NCBI GenBank assembly: GCA_046483065.1
Contig: JAWODW010000037.1
Coordinates: 71,308-135,307, forward strand
Direction of reading: 5' to 3'
DNA: 64,000 nucleotides
Source: Longimicrobiales bacterium
GTDB lineage: Bacteria > Gemmatimonadota > Gemmatimonadetes > Longimicrobiales > RSA9
Shown here piece after piece: positions 53,534 to 62,163 of this stretch. The position numbers and the translations under genes are program-made. The notes beneath the pieces were generated by a model. That model was not told the DNA's origin. It ran no database searches and worked only from the letters and a program-made list of their open reading frames with translations. Numbering within the stretch: position 1 is the stretch's first letter; each line of letters opens with the position of its first letter.

Positions 53534-55102
53534 TCAGACGATCCCTTCCAGGCGCGCGCCGGGGAGCCGCAGCTCGAAGACGCTCCCACCGCCGGGCCGC
53601 GGCGCATACGAGACGCTGCCGCCCTGGGCCTCGGCCACGCTCCGGGCGATGGCCAGCCCGAGCCCCGTCCCCTGACCACCGGCGGCCGAAGCGGACCGGA
53701 AGAACGGCTCGAACAGCCGGGACCGCTCCCTGGCCGGCACGCCCGGACCCCGATCCAGGACCCGGAGGCGAAGGCCGTCCCGGTCCTGCTCCACCTCGAT
53801 CCCCACCGATCCGGGATCCGGCGAGTGACGGAGCGCGTTCTCCAGCAGGTTGGTGAGCGCCCGGAGGGAATGGACGAAATCGAACCGCCCCACGGGAAGG
53901 TCGCCCCCCGGCAGCCGGACCTGCACATCGCCGGACCCGGGCAGGCTCCCGATCCGCTGGAGGGCGGCACCGATGAGGTCCTCCGCCGCGTTCAGCTCCA
54001 GCTCCATGGGCACCCCGCCCACCCGGAGTCGGGAAAGGTCGAGGAGGTCGGTGACCAGACGGTTCAGCCGATCCGCCTCCTCTTCGATCACGGCGGCCCG
54101 CTCCTCTCCTTCGACCCGGAGCTCGTTGGCCGTCGCCCGGATGGACGTCAGGGGCGTACGCAGGTCGTGGGAGAGGCTCGCCAGCACCTCGTCCTTCAGC
54201 CGGTCGGCCTCCCGCAGCGCCGCCACGCGGGCCGCCTCGGCCGCGAGACGCGTCCGCTCCACCGCAAGCGCCGCGTAATAGGCCAGGGCGTCGGCGAAGC
54301 TCACGTGCGTCTCCTGGAACTCGAGACCCGCCGGGTCCACCAGCCGGAGCACGCCCAGGGTACGGTCCCGGACCCGCAGCGGGACGATCAGCTCCACGAA
54401 GTCGTCGGACAGCGGCAGGATGTCGGCCAACGCCCTGTCCGACGGCATCCGCTGATACGTGCCGCCTCGCTTCACGGCCACGATCCGCCGCTCGGCCAGC
54501 GCCACCTCCACCAGGTCGCTGGTCGGATCGTCGGCATCCGCCAGCAGACGCCCGTCCACCAGCTCGGCCCACTCCAGGTCGCCACGGAGCCGGATCCGGG
54601 CGTCCTCCACGGGCAGCTCGGAACGGATCACCCGCGCGATGGCCGTGATCGCCTCCTCGGCACGCCCCACCGAGAGGCTCTCCGCACCGAGTCCCGCCAG
54701 CCGGTCGATCTCCCGGGCCCGCTGCTCCGCCACCGCCGTGGCTCGCTGCTGCCGGTGCAGCAGCTCCGCCGCCACGCTCCCCGTGATGAGGAACGCGCCC
54801 AGCACGCCCCAGTCCAGCGGCTCCGCCACCCGGAAGGTGTGGAACGGCGGGATCAGGAAGAAGTTGAACGTGAGGAACGACGCGACGGAGACGACCAGCC
54901 CCACGATCCGCCCGGCGCGGGCGCTCCCGGCCAGCACCACCAGGAGGAAGGCCAGGGCCATGTGCGCCTTGTCGACCCGAGGGGTCAGGCCCCGGAGCAC
55001 CGCCGTGGTGGCCGCCACCACCAGCAGCCAGACCAGCAGCGACCGCCACGGGACGCGCCGCGCCCAGGCCGGCTCAGTCCACGATCTCGAATCGATAGCC
55101 AA
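53534..55102 (-). CDS. sensor histidine kinase with KdpD-type membrane domain (DUF4118-like) and GAF-like linker, lacking the KdpD N-terminal sensor
   Basis: H-box SHDLRTPLTSI. ATPase boxes NLLENALRHS, DRGPGVP, GTGLGLAI. A TTG at 55102 lies 7 nt after GGAG. The only upstream ATG is 55171 and would overlap the regulator gene by 98 nt. Confidence 0.75.
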   Translation of the reverse strand: MAIDSRSWTEPAWARRVPWRSLLVWLLVVAATTAVLRGLTPRVDKAHMALAFLLVVLAGSARAGRIVGLVVSVASFLTFNFFLIPPFHTFRVAEPLDWGVLGAFLITGSVAAELLHRQQRATAVAEQRAREIDRLAGLGAESLSVGRAEEAITAIARVIRSELPVEDARIRLRGDLEWAELVDGRLLADADDPTSDLVEVALAERRIVAVKRGGTYQRMPSDRALADILPLSDDFVELIVPLRVRDRTLGVLRLVDPAGLEFQETHVSFADALAYYAALAVERTRLAAEAARVAALREADRLKDEVLASLSHDLRTPLTSIRATANELRVEGEERAAVIEEEADRLNRLVTDLLDLSRLRVGGVPMELELNAAEDLIGAALQRIGSLPGSGDVQVRLPGGDLPVGRFDFVHSLRALTNLLENALRHSPDPGSVGIEVEQDRDGLRLRVLDRGPGVPARERSRLFEPFFRSASAAGGQGTGLGLAIARSVAEAQGGSVSYAPRPGGGSVFELRLPGARLEGIV

Positions 55103-55778
55103 CGCCTGGCTCCGTGATGATGAGCTCGGGCCGCACCGCGTCCGGCTCCAGCTTCCGGCGCAGCTGCGCAACGTACACCCGCAGGTACTGCTGGGGATCG
55201 CCCGACGACGTGGCCCACACCTCCCGGAACAGCTGCCGATGGGTCAGCGTCTTCCCACGATGCCGCAGGAACGTCCGAAGCAGCTCCCACTCCGTGGGCG
55301 TGAGGTGCACGTCCTCGCCCGCCTTCCGCACCGTCCGGGCACCCGGGTCGATGACCAGGCCACGGGTCTCCACCACACCGTCCCCGTCCGGGGCCTCGGC
55401 CAGTCGCGCCCGCCGCAGCTGGGCCCGAACCCGCGCCTGCAGCTCCCGCGGGCTGAACGGCTTGGTGATGTAGTCGTCGGCCCCCGCGTCCAGCAGCCGC
55501 ACCTTCTCCGACTCGCTGTGGTGCGCCGAAAGCACGATGATCGGCACCGTGGTCCACTTCCGCAGCTCCGCGCAGACCCACAGCCCCGGCCTGTCCGGGA
55601 GCCCGAGGTCCAGGATGACCAGGTCGGGACGCTGCGCCGCCGCCTGGGCCACCCCGTCCTCCGCCGTGTCCGCCGCGATCACCTTGCCGAGATCAGAGGA
55701 CAGCGCACTACGGACGGCACGCACGATGTGCGGCTCATCATCGATGACCAGCGCGGTGGCTGTCGGTTCGGACGCCAT
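55074..55778 (-). CDS. OmpR/KdpE-like response regulator
   Basis: ATG at 55778. Receiver domain (LVIDDEP, LVILDLGLPD, ITKPF) and winged helix (LTPTEWELLRTFL .. GVGYRFE). Confidence 0.85.
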   Translation of the reverse strand: MASEPTATALVIDDEPHIVRAVRSALSSDLGKVIAADTAEDGVAQAAAQRPDLVILDLGLPDRPGLWVCAELRKWTTVPIIVLSAHHSESEKVRLLDAGADDYITKPFSPRELQARVRAQLRRARLAEAPDGDGVVETRGLVIDPGARTVRKAGEDVHLTPTEWELLRTFLRHRGKTLTHRQLFREVWATSSGDPQQYLRVYVAQLRRKLEPDAVRPELIITEPGVGYRFEIVD

Positions 55779-55914
55779 GGAATCCGTGGGCGGTGGGCGC
55801 GAGCTGCCGTCACGGAAAGATGGAGCACGGTCCGGCGAGACGCGAGCCGGCCCGTGGACCCGGATCCGCCAGGCCCTGTCCGGATGACAGGGTACCTGAC
55901 GGCCGTCGCCCTCG

Positions 55915-56598
55915 CTATCGGCGGGCTGTGCCGTCGTGACCGCCCTGCGCCCCGGCGTCACTCTGCATCATGCCGCCCTGCATGTTCCCCTGCATACCAC
56001 CGTCCTCCGTCATGCCCTGGGGCATCTCTCCCTGCCGCATCTCCTTCATCATCGACCCGGCCAGCTCCAGACGCTCCCGCTGTTCGGCGGTGAGCAGCTC
56101 GCGAGCCTCGACAGCGGCACGGGCCATGGCGGTGTGGGCCAGTACCATATGGCTGCTCGCTTCACGGAGCTGGGCCTCGTAGGTGTCCAGGTCCGGCGAG
56201 TCCGAATCCAGCAGCTTCGACGCGGAGCGCATCGCCTGCATGCCCTGCATCATGTGCTGGCGCATCTCCTGCCCTGTCGACTCCTGCAACGCCTCCAGCT
56301 GCGTCACCTGGTCTTCGGTCAGCTCCAGCGACGCCTGCAGCCGCAGGATCATGCCGGGACCGGCGGCCATCCCCATCATGCCGCCCATCATACCGCCCAT
56401 CATCCCCTGCTGGCCGTGCATGCCCTGCATCATCTGCATCATGCCGCCCTGCATCATGCCGCCCTGCATCATCCCGGGCTGACCCTGCATCACGCCGCCC
56501 CGGGCGCTGTCCTGCCGCGCTCCATGGTGGCCCTGTGCCATCGCAGGCCCAGCCACCAGTGCGGCCGCCACCGTCAATGCTGTAATCACGTTTCGCAT
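55915..56598 (-). CDS. periplasmic Spy/CpxP-family (LTxxQ) protein with Met/Gly/Gln-rich tracts
   Basis: Signal peptide. Two LTxxQ motifs (LTEDQ, LTAEQ). Tracts such as GMMQGGMMQGGMMQMMQGMHGQQGMMGGMMGGMMGM. Confidence 0.7.
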   Translation of the reverse strand: MRNVITALTVAAALVAGPAMAQGHHGARQDSARGGVMQGQPGMMQGGMMQGGMMQMMQGMHGQQGMMGGMMGGMMGMAAGPGMILRLQASLELTEDQVTQLEALQESTGQEMRQHMMQGMQAMRSASKLLDSDSPDLDTYEAQLREASSHMVLAHTAMARAAVEARELLTAEQRERLELAGSMMKEMRQGEMPQGMTEDGGMQGNMQGGMMQSDAGAQGGHDGTARR

Positions 56599-56623
56599 AG
56601 TCCTTGTCCCTTTCAGCTCAGTT

Positions 56624-56896
56624 TCAGTCGCGCCGCAGCTCGTTCAGCCTGCGACGATACGTCTCCTCATCGATCTCGCCCCGCGCGTACTGCTCGCGCA
56701 GCGCCTCCTCGGCGCGGTCCCTGCCCCGCCCCCTGGGCTCATCTCGCCCCGGCCACCGGCCATCGGCCACCGCCCAGACCACGAGGATCAGGACCACCAG
56801 GATCAACAACCATCCGAACATCATGCCCCAGCCTCCCCATCCCATGTGGGCACCGTCTGAGGGCCATCCCTGGACGATCGCCAGCATCGTATTCAT
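56624..56896 (-). CDS. SHOCT-domain small membrane protein
   Basis: One TM (MMFGWLLILVVLILVVWAV) and a C-terminal SHOCT motif (LREQYARGEIDEETYRRRLNEL). The rest of track ORF 56624..57868 is antisense to a real gene. Confidence 0.7.
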   Translation of the reverse strand: MNTMLAIVQGWPSDGAHMGWGGWGMMFGWLLILVVLILVVWAVADGRWPGRDEPRGRGRDRAEEALREQYARGEIDEETYRRRLNELRRD

Positions 56897-57151
56897 CCAA
56901 TCAACTCCCTTTATCGACCCGGCCCCGGATCCACCGGCCGTAACCTCACCTCTTCGGCCGGCGGCTCCGGATCCTCGCCGTTCACCTGTTTCCGGTCTTG
57001 TTGACCATACAGTAATACACGGCCGGTGAAGCAGGCGTGAGGCCGGCATGAAGGCTTTTTCACCCGGCACCTCGCGGCCGTCCGCGCGCTGAATCGACCC
57101 GGGGTTGCCCCAGCCGGCGCACTGATACATTATTCCAGCAAACGATGGAAC

Positions 57152-57859
57152 ATGGAGGCCGCCATGGAGTTCGGGGACGCAAAGAAGGAACTGCTGAGCC
57201 AGTTCGCGCGGATCGGGAAGGCGGTGTCGAGCCCCGCCCGCCTGGAGCTGCTGGACCTGCTGGCCCAGGGCGAGAAGCCCGTGGAGATGCTGGCCGAACA
57301 GGCCGGGCTCTCGGTGACGAACACGAGCAACCACCTGAAGGAGCTGCGGAACGCGGCGCTGGTGGCCACGCGGAAGGAGGGACTCTACGTCTACTACCGT
57401 CTGGCGGATCCGGCGGTGTACGAGTTCCTGCGCTGCCTGGAGGACATCGCGGCGAGTCAGCTGGCGGAGGTTCGGGAGATCGTGAACGACTACTTCCGGG
57501 AGCCGGAGGCGCTGGAGCCGGTCGAGGCCGGCGATCTGCTGGAACGGCTCCGGGCGGACGACGTGATGGTGTTGGACGTCCGTCCCCAGGACGAGTACGC
57601 GGCGGGCCACATCCCCGGGGCGCTGTCGATCCCGGCGGGCGAGCTGGAGCGACGGCTCTCGGAGCTGCCCCGGGAGCGGGAGGTGGTGGCGTACTGCCGG
57701 GGCCCGTACTGCGTGCTGGCGCTGCAGGCGGTGGAGGTGCTGCGGGCGGCCGGCTACCGGGCGCGTCGCATGGAGATCGGGCTGCCGGACTGGCGCGCCG
57801 GCGGCCTGGCCGTGGAGGGAACCGCGCCGACAACCGACGAAGAGAAAGAGACGGAGTGA
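57152..57859 (+). CDS. ArsR-family HTH fused to a rhodanese domain
   Basis: HTH (SSPARLELLDLLAQGEKPVEMLAEQAGLSVTNTSNHLKEL). Rhodanese domain with the active loop AYCRGPYC. Confidence 0.8.
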   Translation: MEAAMEFGDAKKELLSQFARIGKAVSSPARLELLDLLAQGEKPVEMLAEQAGLSVTNTSNHLKELRNAALVATRKEGLYVYYRLADPAVYEFLRCLEDIAASQLAEVREIVNDYFREPEALEPVEAGDLLERLRADDVMVLDVRPQDEYAAGHIPGALSIPAGELERRLSELPREREVVAYCRGPYCVLALQAVEVLRAAGYRARRMEIGLPDWRAGGLAVEGTAPTTDEEKETE

Positions 57860-58209
57860 TGCGGACACTGTTGATCATGAATGACCCGCCCTACGGCACG
57901 GAGCGGGCGTACAACGGACTGCGGCTGGCGAACTCGCTGGCCAGACGGGAAGGCCAGGAGGCGAAGGTGTTCCTCATGGGCGACGGGGCCTCGTGCGCGA
58001 AGTCCGGCCAGACGCTCCCCAAGGGCTACTACAGCATGGAGCGGATGCTCAAGGGCTTCCACGGGAAGGGCGGCGAGACGGGCGTGTGCGGGACGTGCAT
58101 GGATGCCCGGGGTCTGACCGATGACGAGCTGGTGGAGGGCGCGCGCCGGAGCACGCTCGACGAGCTCACGGACTGGACCGTATGGGCCGACAAGGTCGTG
58201 GTATTCTGA
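57859..58209 (+). CDS. DsrE/DsrF (YchN)-like sulfur-relay family protein
   Basis: 116 aa, MRTLLIMNDPPYGTERAYNGLRLA .. VCGTCMDARG. The start overlaps the upstream stop by 1 nt (TGATG). Confidence 0.7.
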   Translation: MRTLLIMNDPPYGTERAYNGLRLANSLARREGQEAKVFLMGDGASCAKSGQTLPKGYYSMERMLKGFHGKGGETGVCGTCMDARGLTDDELVEGARRSTLDELTDWTVWADKVVVF

Positions 58210-58210
58210 G

Positions 58211-59041
58211 ATGCAGGCCCGGCTGGAGCCGGACGGGTACACGGCCTGGTTCGGGAGCGAGCTGGGCGAGCGGGTCTGGCGGGACGAGCGCAGGGCGCTG
58301 AACCACGCCCTGGGTGAGGTGGCCGGCCGCACCGTCCTGGACGTGGGCGCCGGCGACGGCCGCCTGGCCCGGGAGCTGGCCGCCCGGGGAGCGCGCGTGG
58401 TCGCCCTCGACCGATCGGCGGACATGCTGGCGGCCGCGGGTGCGGGAGACGGACCTGGATCCGGGCTGACGCGGGTCCGGGCGGACGCCGTGGCGCTGCC
58501 GTTCCCCGACGGCTCGTTCGATCGGGTCATCGCCGTGACGGTGCTCTGCTTCGCGGACCGACCCGGCGAGATGATCCGCGAGATGGCCCGGGTCGCGAGG
58601 CCCGGCGGACGGGTGGTCCTGGGCGAGCTGGGGCGCTGGAGCACCTGGTCGCTCGCCCGCCGGGTCCGGGGCTGGTTGGGCGACGAGCTGTGGGCGACGG
58701 CCCGGTTCCGTACGGCACCGGAGCTCCGGCAGCTCCTGGCGCGGGCCGGGCTCCGGCCCGGGCCGGTGCACGGAGCGGTCTTCTACCCGCGGAGCGTGTA
58801 CGCCGCCCGGCTCCTGGGCCCCGTGGACCGCCGGTTCGGACGGCACACCACCATCGGCGCAGCGTTCCTCGCCGTCGCCGGTGTCAACGTCGACGAGGGG
58901 TCGGCCGGGGGATATTCACGCAGCGGTACTACCTCGCCGGGGTGCGGGGAGGGTTCGGGACGGTCACGATCGGCCGCCATTCCACCGCCTACAAGATGGC
59001 CGGCCTGCGGCTGGATCCTTTCTATGACACGTCCACGCTGA
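58211..59041 (+). CDS. class I SAM-dependent methyltransferase; family-like sequence ends near 58882 and the ORF then reads through into porin-remnant DNA
   Basis: SAM motif VLDVGAGDGRLA, PFPDGSFD, RPGGRVVL, ending TIGAAFLAVAG. The last ~50 codons are low-complexity read-through. Confidence 0.65.
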   Translation: MQARLEPDGYTAWFGSELGERVWRDERRALNHALGEVAGRTVLDVGAGDGRLARELAARGARVVALDRSADMLAAAGAGDGPGSGLTRVRADAVALPFPDGSFDRVIAVTVLCFADRPGEMIREMARVARPGGRVVLGELGRWSTWSLARRVRGWLGDELWATARFRTAPELRQLLARAGLRPGPVHGAVFYPRSVYAARLLGPVDRRFGRHTTIGAAFLAVAGVNVDEGSAGGYSRSGTTSPGCGEGSGRSRSAAIPPPTRWPACGWILSMTRPR

Positions 59042-59555
59042 GCGCCGGGGGCGGCGTGCCTTCCACGGGTCCCTTCGCCGGCGCGAGCTTCGGCCTCTCC
59101 AATCTTGGACGGACCGGGCCCTCACCTATACCTCGCCTGCCCTCGGGGGGATCACCGGGTACGCCGCGGCCTACCTCGACACGGAGTCCGAGCACGACTA
59201 CGGCCTCGGAGCCGAATACCGGAGCGACGGCCTGGGCGCGGGCGTGCAGTACTACGACGCCGGCAGCGACCGGAACTGGGTGCAGACGGCCGGGGTCGAC
59301 CACGCGCTGCGGGGCCACGCGTCGGGCACGATGGAGGCGACCCCCGAGCTGACCGTCGCCGCGGCGGTGGGCCACGTGGACGACGGGCCCGTTCACCCCG
59401 TCGCCGGGACGGGCATCCACGCGGGGGTCTTCTACACCCTCCTGCCGGGCGCACGGGTCCATGCACTCTATTCGCGCGTCGACCCGACCACGGGCGCGGC
59501 CCGCAGCAACCTGGCGCTCGGGCTGACGTACGGCTTTTCGCTCCGGCAGCCATGA
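58912..59555 (+). pseudogene. 5'-truncated, frameshifted Gram-negative porin remnant
   Basis: Frame 1: FTQRYYLAGVRGGFGTVTIGRHSTAYKMAG..DPFYDTS..GASFGLSN. After a frame change near 59100: SWTDRALTYTSPALGGITGYAAAYL..GLGAEYRSDGLGAGVQYY..LALGLTYGFSL. No signal peptide or N-terminal strands are present. Confidence 0.6.
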
Positions 59556-59589
59556 CCGTGGACACCCACGACACGCTCCAGCCGGTCCG

Positions 59590-60396
59590 TTACGGCTGAG
59601 CTGACATGGGCACGCCGTGCCACTCGAGCACCCGGCGGAGGTACCCGACCCCCGCCACCACGCCGAGGCGTCCGACGGCGCCGGACACCAGACCCACCAG
59701 ATAGCCGCCGTCGTCGATCACCGGCGAGCCGCTCGTGTCGACCGGATCCACGTCGGGGTCGAGGGGCTGGACGTAGTAGTAGGTGGGAAAGCCGCGGAAC
59801 ACCTGTAAGGGGCTGAGGGCCGGGTCCCGGTCCCGCCGCTCCGCCCTGCTGCGGCCGACGGCGTACATCGTGTCGCCCGGCTCCAGCGGGGTATGGCGGA
59901 CCTTCAGCGGATGGACGCCGTCCGCCCATTCCCCGAGTTCGAAGACCAGCCAGTCCCTGTCCTTCAACCCGCTGAAATCCCCGATGCGCTCGGTCGAGTC
60001 GGCGTTCATGAGCCGCCGGACGGTGACCACCCGGGCGGTGTCCCGACTGGAGCGAAACCACCATCCGCGGAAGTCGTCACCGAGGGCGACGGAGTGGAGC
60101 CCCTGCCGGCGCTCGAACAGCATGAACAGGTGCTTGGCGGTGGCGCCCACCGTGTCGGCACCGGTGTCGATGGTGAAGGCGTTGGCCAGGTAGGAATACG
60201 ACGTGTCGGTGAACACGACGTCGTTGCTCAACGCGAAGTCCGGCCACTCCGACACCGGCCGGTCGACCCACGGCTCCGGCGGGAGCGTCGCGGACCGGGC
60301 GTCCCCGTCTCCTCCGCATCCCCCGCCGGCCGTCAGGGCCAGGAGGAGCAGGGCGCGGGAATGCCGTGCGAGCGATGGTCGTCTGCGAGGCGTCAT
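59590..60396 (-). CDS. trypsin-like serine protease-fold lipoprotein
   Basis: ATG at 60396 gives a signal plus lipobox (LLLLALTAGGGC). Ser motif DTSGSPVIDDGGYLVGLVSG. Confidence 0.6.
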   Translation of the reverse strand: MTPRRRPSLARHSRALLLLALTAGGGCGGDGDARSATLPPEPWVDRPVSEWPDFALSNDVVFTDTSYSYLANAFTIDTGADTVGATAKHLFMLFERRQGLHSVALGDDFRGWWFRSSRDTARVVTVRRLMNADSTERIGDFSGLKDRDWLVFELGEWADGVHPLKVRHTPLEPGDTMYAVGRSRAERRDRDPALSPLQVFRGFPTYYYVQPLDPDVDPVDTSGSPVIDDGGYLVGLVSGAVGRLGVVAGVGYLRRVLEWHGVPMSAQP

Positions 60397-60479
60397 CGTG
60401 CGTCTCCCGTTCAGAGCGCGGTCACTCAACCTACGGGATCCGGTTCCGGGGGGCTTCAATCCTGCAATATGGAAGTGTT

Positions 60480-60549
60480 GCGACTTGACCTCCCGCCCCG
60501 GATTCCGGCAGCTCTCGCCCATGCAAGCCGTCGAGCAGGACGCCGGAGC
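60480..60549. repeat. 70-bp repeat, copy A (pairs with 62635..62704)
   Basis: About 64 of 70 positions are identical by manual alignment. It contains TTGACC and an orphan ATG followed by CAAGCCGTCGAGCAGGACGCC. Confidence 0.8.
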
Positions 60550-60559
60550 TCTTCGGGGC

Positions 60560-60830
60560 GCCCTCGAGCCTCTTCGGGTCGTAGGGCTCCCCGGCTCGCC
60601 ACACCGCCAGCACGACGGAAGCGATCTGGCGGGCGATCGTCAGCTTCGCCAGGTTCGGGTTCGTGCCCCTGTCCCGGAGCCTCAGGTAGTGCCATCGGCT
60701 CGGCTCGTCTTCCCGCGACCGATCACCGTCGTGGCCGCTCCCTTGATGATCGCCTTCAGCGTGTGTTTGAAGTTGCGGTTCAGGTCCCGGGACGAGCTGG
60801 GCGGCGTTCTGTCCGATCAGACCGGGCAGG
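60560..60830 (-). pseudogene. decayed C-terminal fragment of an IS110-like transposase (at least two frameshifts)
   Basis: Pieces lie in different frames: SLPGLIGQNAAQLV / NRNFKHTLKAIIKGAATTVIG / WHYLRLRDRGTNPNLAKLTIARQIASVVLAVWRAGEPYDPKRL. The last piece matches the IS110-family C-terminal pattern from memory. Confidence 0.45.
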
Positions 60831-60913
60831 CTTCCTGTTCCGAGCCTTGCTCTCCGTCGCCGGGGGCGTCTAGACTGAGGCACGCACCGAGCCACTGAAA
60901 GGAATGAGCGATC

Positions 60914-62062
60914 ATGGACTTCGAGCTGACCAAGGAGCAGCAGGCCATCCAGGCGGCCGCACGCGAGTTCGCCAGGGGCGAGTTCGACCGCGAGCGCGCT
61001 CTGGAGCTGGAGCGGAACCACGAGTACCCGAAGGACATCCAGGAGAAGGCGGGTCAGGAGGGTCTCATCGGGCTCCACTTCCCCGTCGAGTACGAGGGGT
61101 CCGCGTATGGCGCGCTCGAGAACGCCATCGTAGTCGAGGAGCTGTGCCGCGCCGACTCCGGCATCGGCACCGCCGTCATGATCGCCGACTTCGCCTCGGA
61201 GAACATCCTCCACTTCGGCACCGACCACCAGAAGAAGACGTGGCTGCCGAAGGTCGCGCTGGGCGAGGCCATCTCCGCCGGCTGCATCACGGAGCCGGAC
61301 CACGGCAGCGACATCACGCGCATGGACACGACCGCCGTAAAGGACGGCGACGAGTGGGTGGTCAACGGCACCAAGACGTTCATCACCAATGCCGGGATCG
61401 CATCGTTCTACATCGTGATCTGCCAGACCGACCCGGAGGCGGGGCACCGCGGCCAGTCCATGATCCTGGTGGAGGCGGACCGAGAGGGGATCGGGGTCGC
61501 CAACGTCGGGGAGAAGATGGGGATCCGGATGATCCCCACGGGTGAGATACACTTCAAGAACGTGCGCGTCCCGCTGGAGAACCTGGTGGGCGAGGAAGGC
61601 CGCGGCTTCTACCAGATCCTCGAGTTCTTCGACGAGAGCCGGATCGAGACCGCGGCGCAGGCCCTCGGCATCGGCCAGGGTGCGTTCGACCGCGCGCTGG
61701 CCTACGTGAAGGGGCGCGAGCAGTTCGGCAAGAAGATCGCCGAGTTCCAGGTCACGCAGCACAAGATCGCCGAGATGGCCACGAAGCTCGAGCTGGCGCG
61801 GCTGCTCACCTACAAGGCCGCCTGGAACTTCGACCAGGGCCGGATCGACCCGAAACTCACCTCCATGGCGAAGTACTGGGTCGCCCACGCGGCCGTCGAA
61901 GTGGCCGACGAGGCCATCCAGCTCATGGGCGGCTACGGCTACATGACCGAGTTCGAGGTGGAGCGGATGTACCGCGACGTCCGGATCACGGAGATCTACG
62001 AGGGCACGCGCGAGATCCAGAAGAACACCATCGCCAGCCAGGTCATCGGCAAGCTGAAGTAG
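60914..62062 (+). CDS. acyl-CoA dehydrogenase
   Basis: 382 aa. GCITEPDHGSDI, KTFITNAG, C-terminal YEGTREIQ. Confidence 0.9.
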   Translation: MDFELTKEQQAIQAAAREFARGEFDRERALELERNHEYPKDIQEKAGQEGLIGLHFPVEYEGSAYGALENAIVVEELCRADSGIGTAVMIADFASENILHFGTDHQKKTWLPKVALGEAISAGCITEPDHGSDITRMDTTAVKDGDEWVVNGTKTFITNAGIASFYIVICQTDPEAGHRGQSMILVEADREGIGVANVGEKMGIRMIPTGEIHFKNVRVPLENLVGEEGRGFYQILEFFDESRIETAAQALGIGQGAFDRALAYVKGREQFGKKIAEFQVTQHKIAEMATKLELARLLTYKAAWNFDQGRIDPKLTSMAKYWVAHAAVEVADEAIQLMGGYGYMTEFEVERMYRDVRITEIYEGTREIQKNTIASQVIGKLK

Positions 62063-62105
62063 GCGAGAGCGGCCGCGGCGTGGATCCGGGGCGCCGCCCT
62101 GCCCC

Positions 62106-62163
62106 GGATCCCGGTCGTCGCACCGGCACGGATCCCGGTCGTCGCACCGGCACGGATCCCGGC
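62106..62163. repeat. 24-bp tandem repeat x2.4 (ggatcccggtcgtcgcaccggcac)
   Basis: Read directly from sequence, immediately downstream of the acyl-CoA dehydrogenase stop. Confidence 0.85.

Noticed and set aside
56897-57868. Upstream part of track ORF 56624..57868, and the fused ORF 57145..58209
   Set aside because: The former is antisense to the ArsR-rhodanese gene. The latter is an out-of-frame read of that same gene, and only its last 116 codons (the DsrE-like gene) look real.
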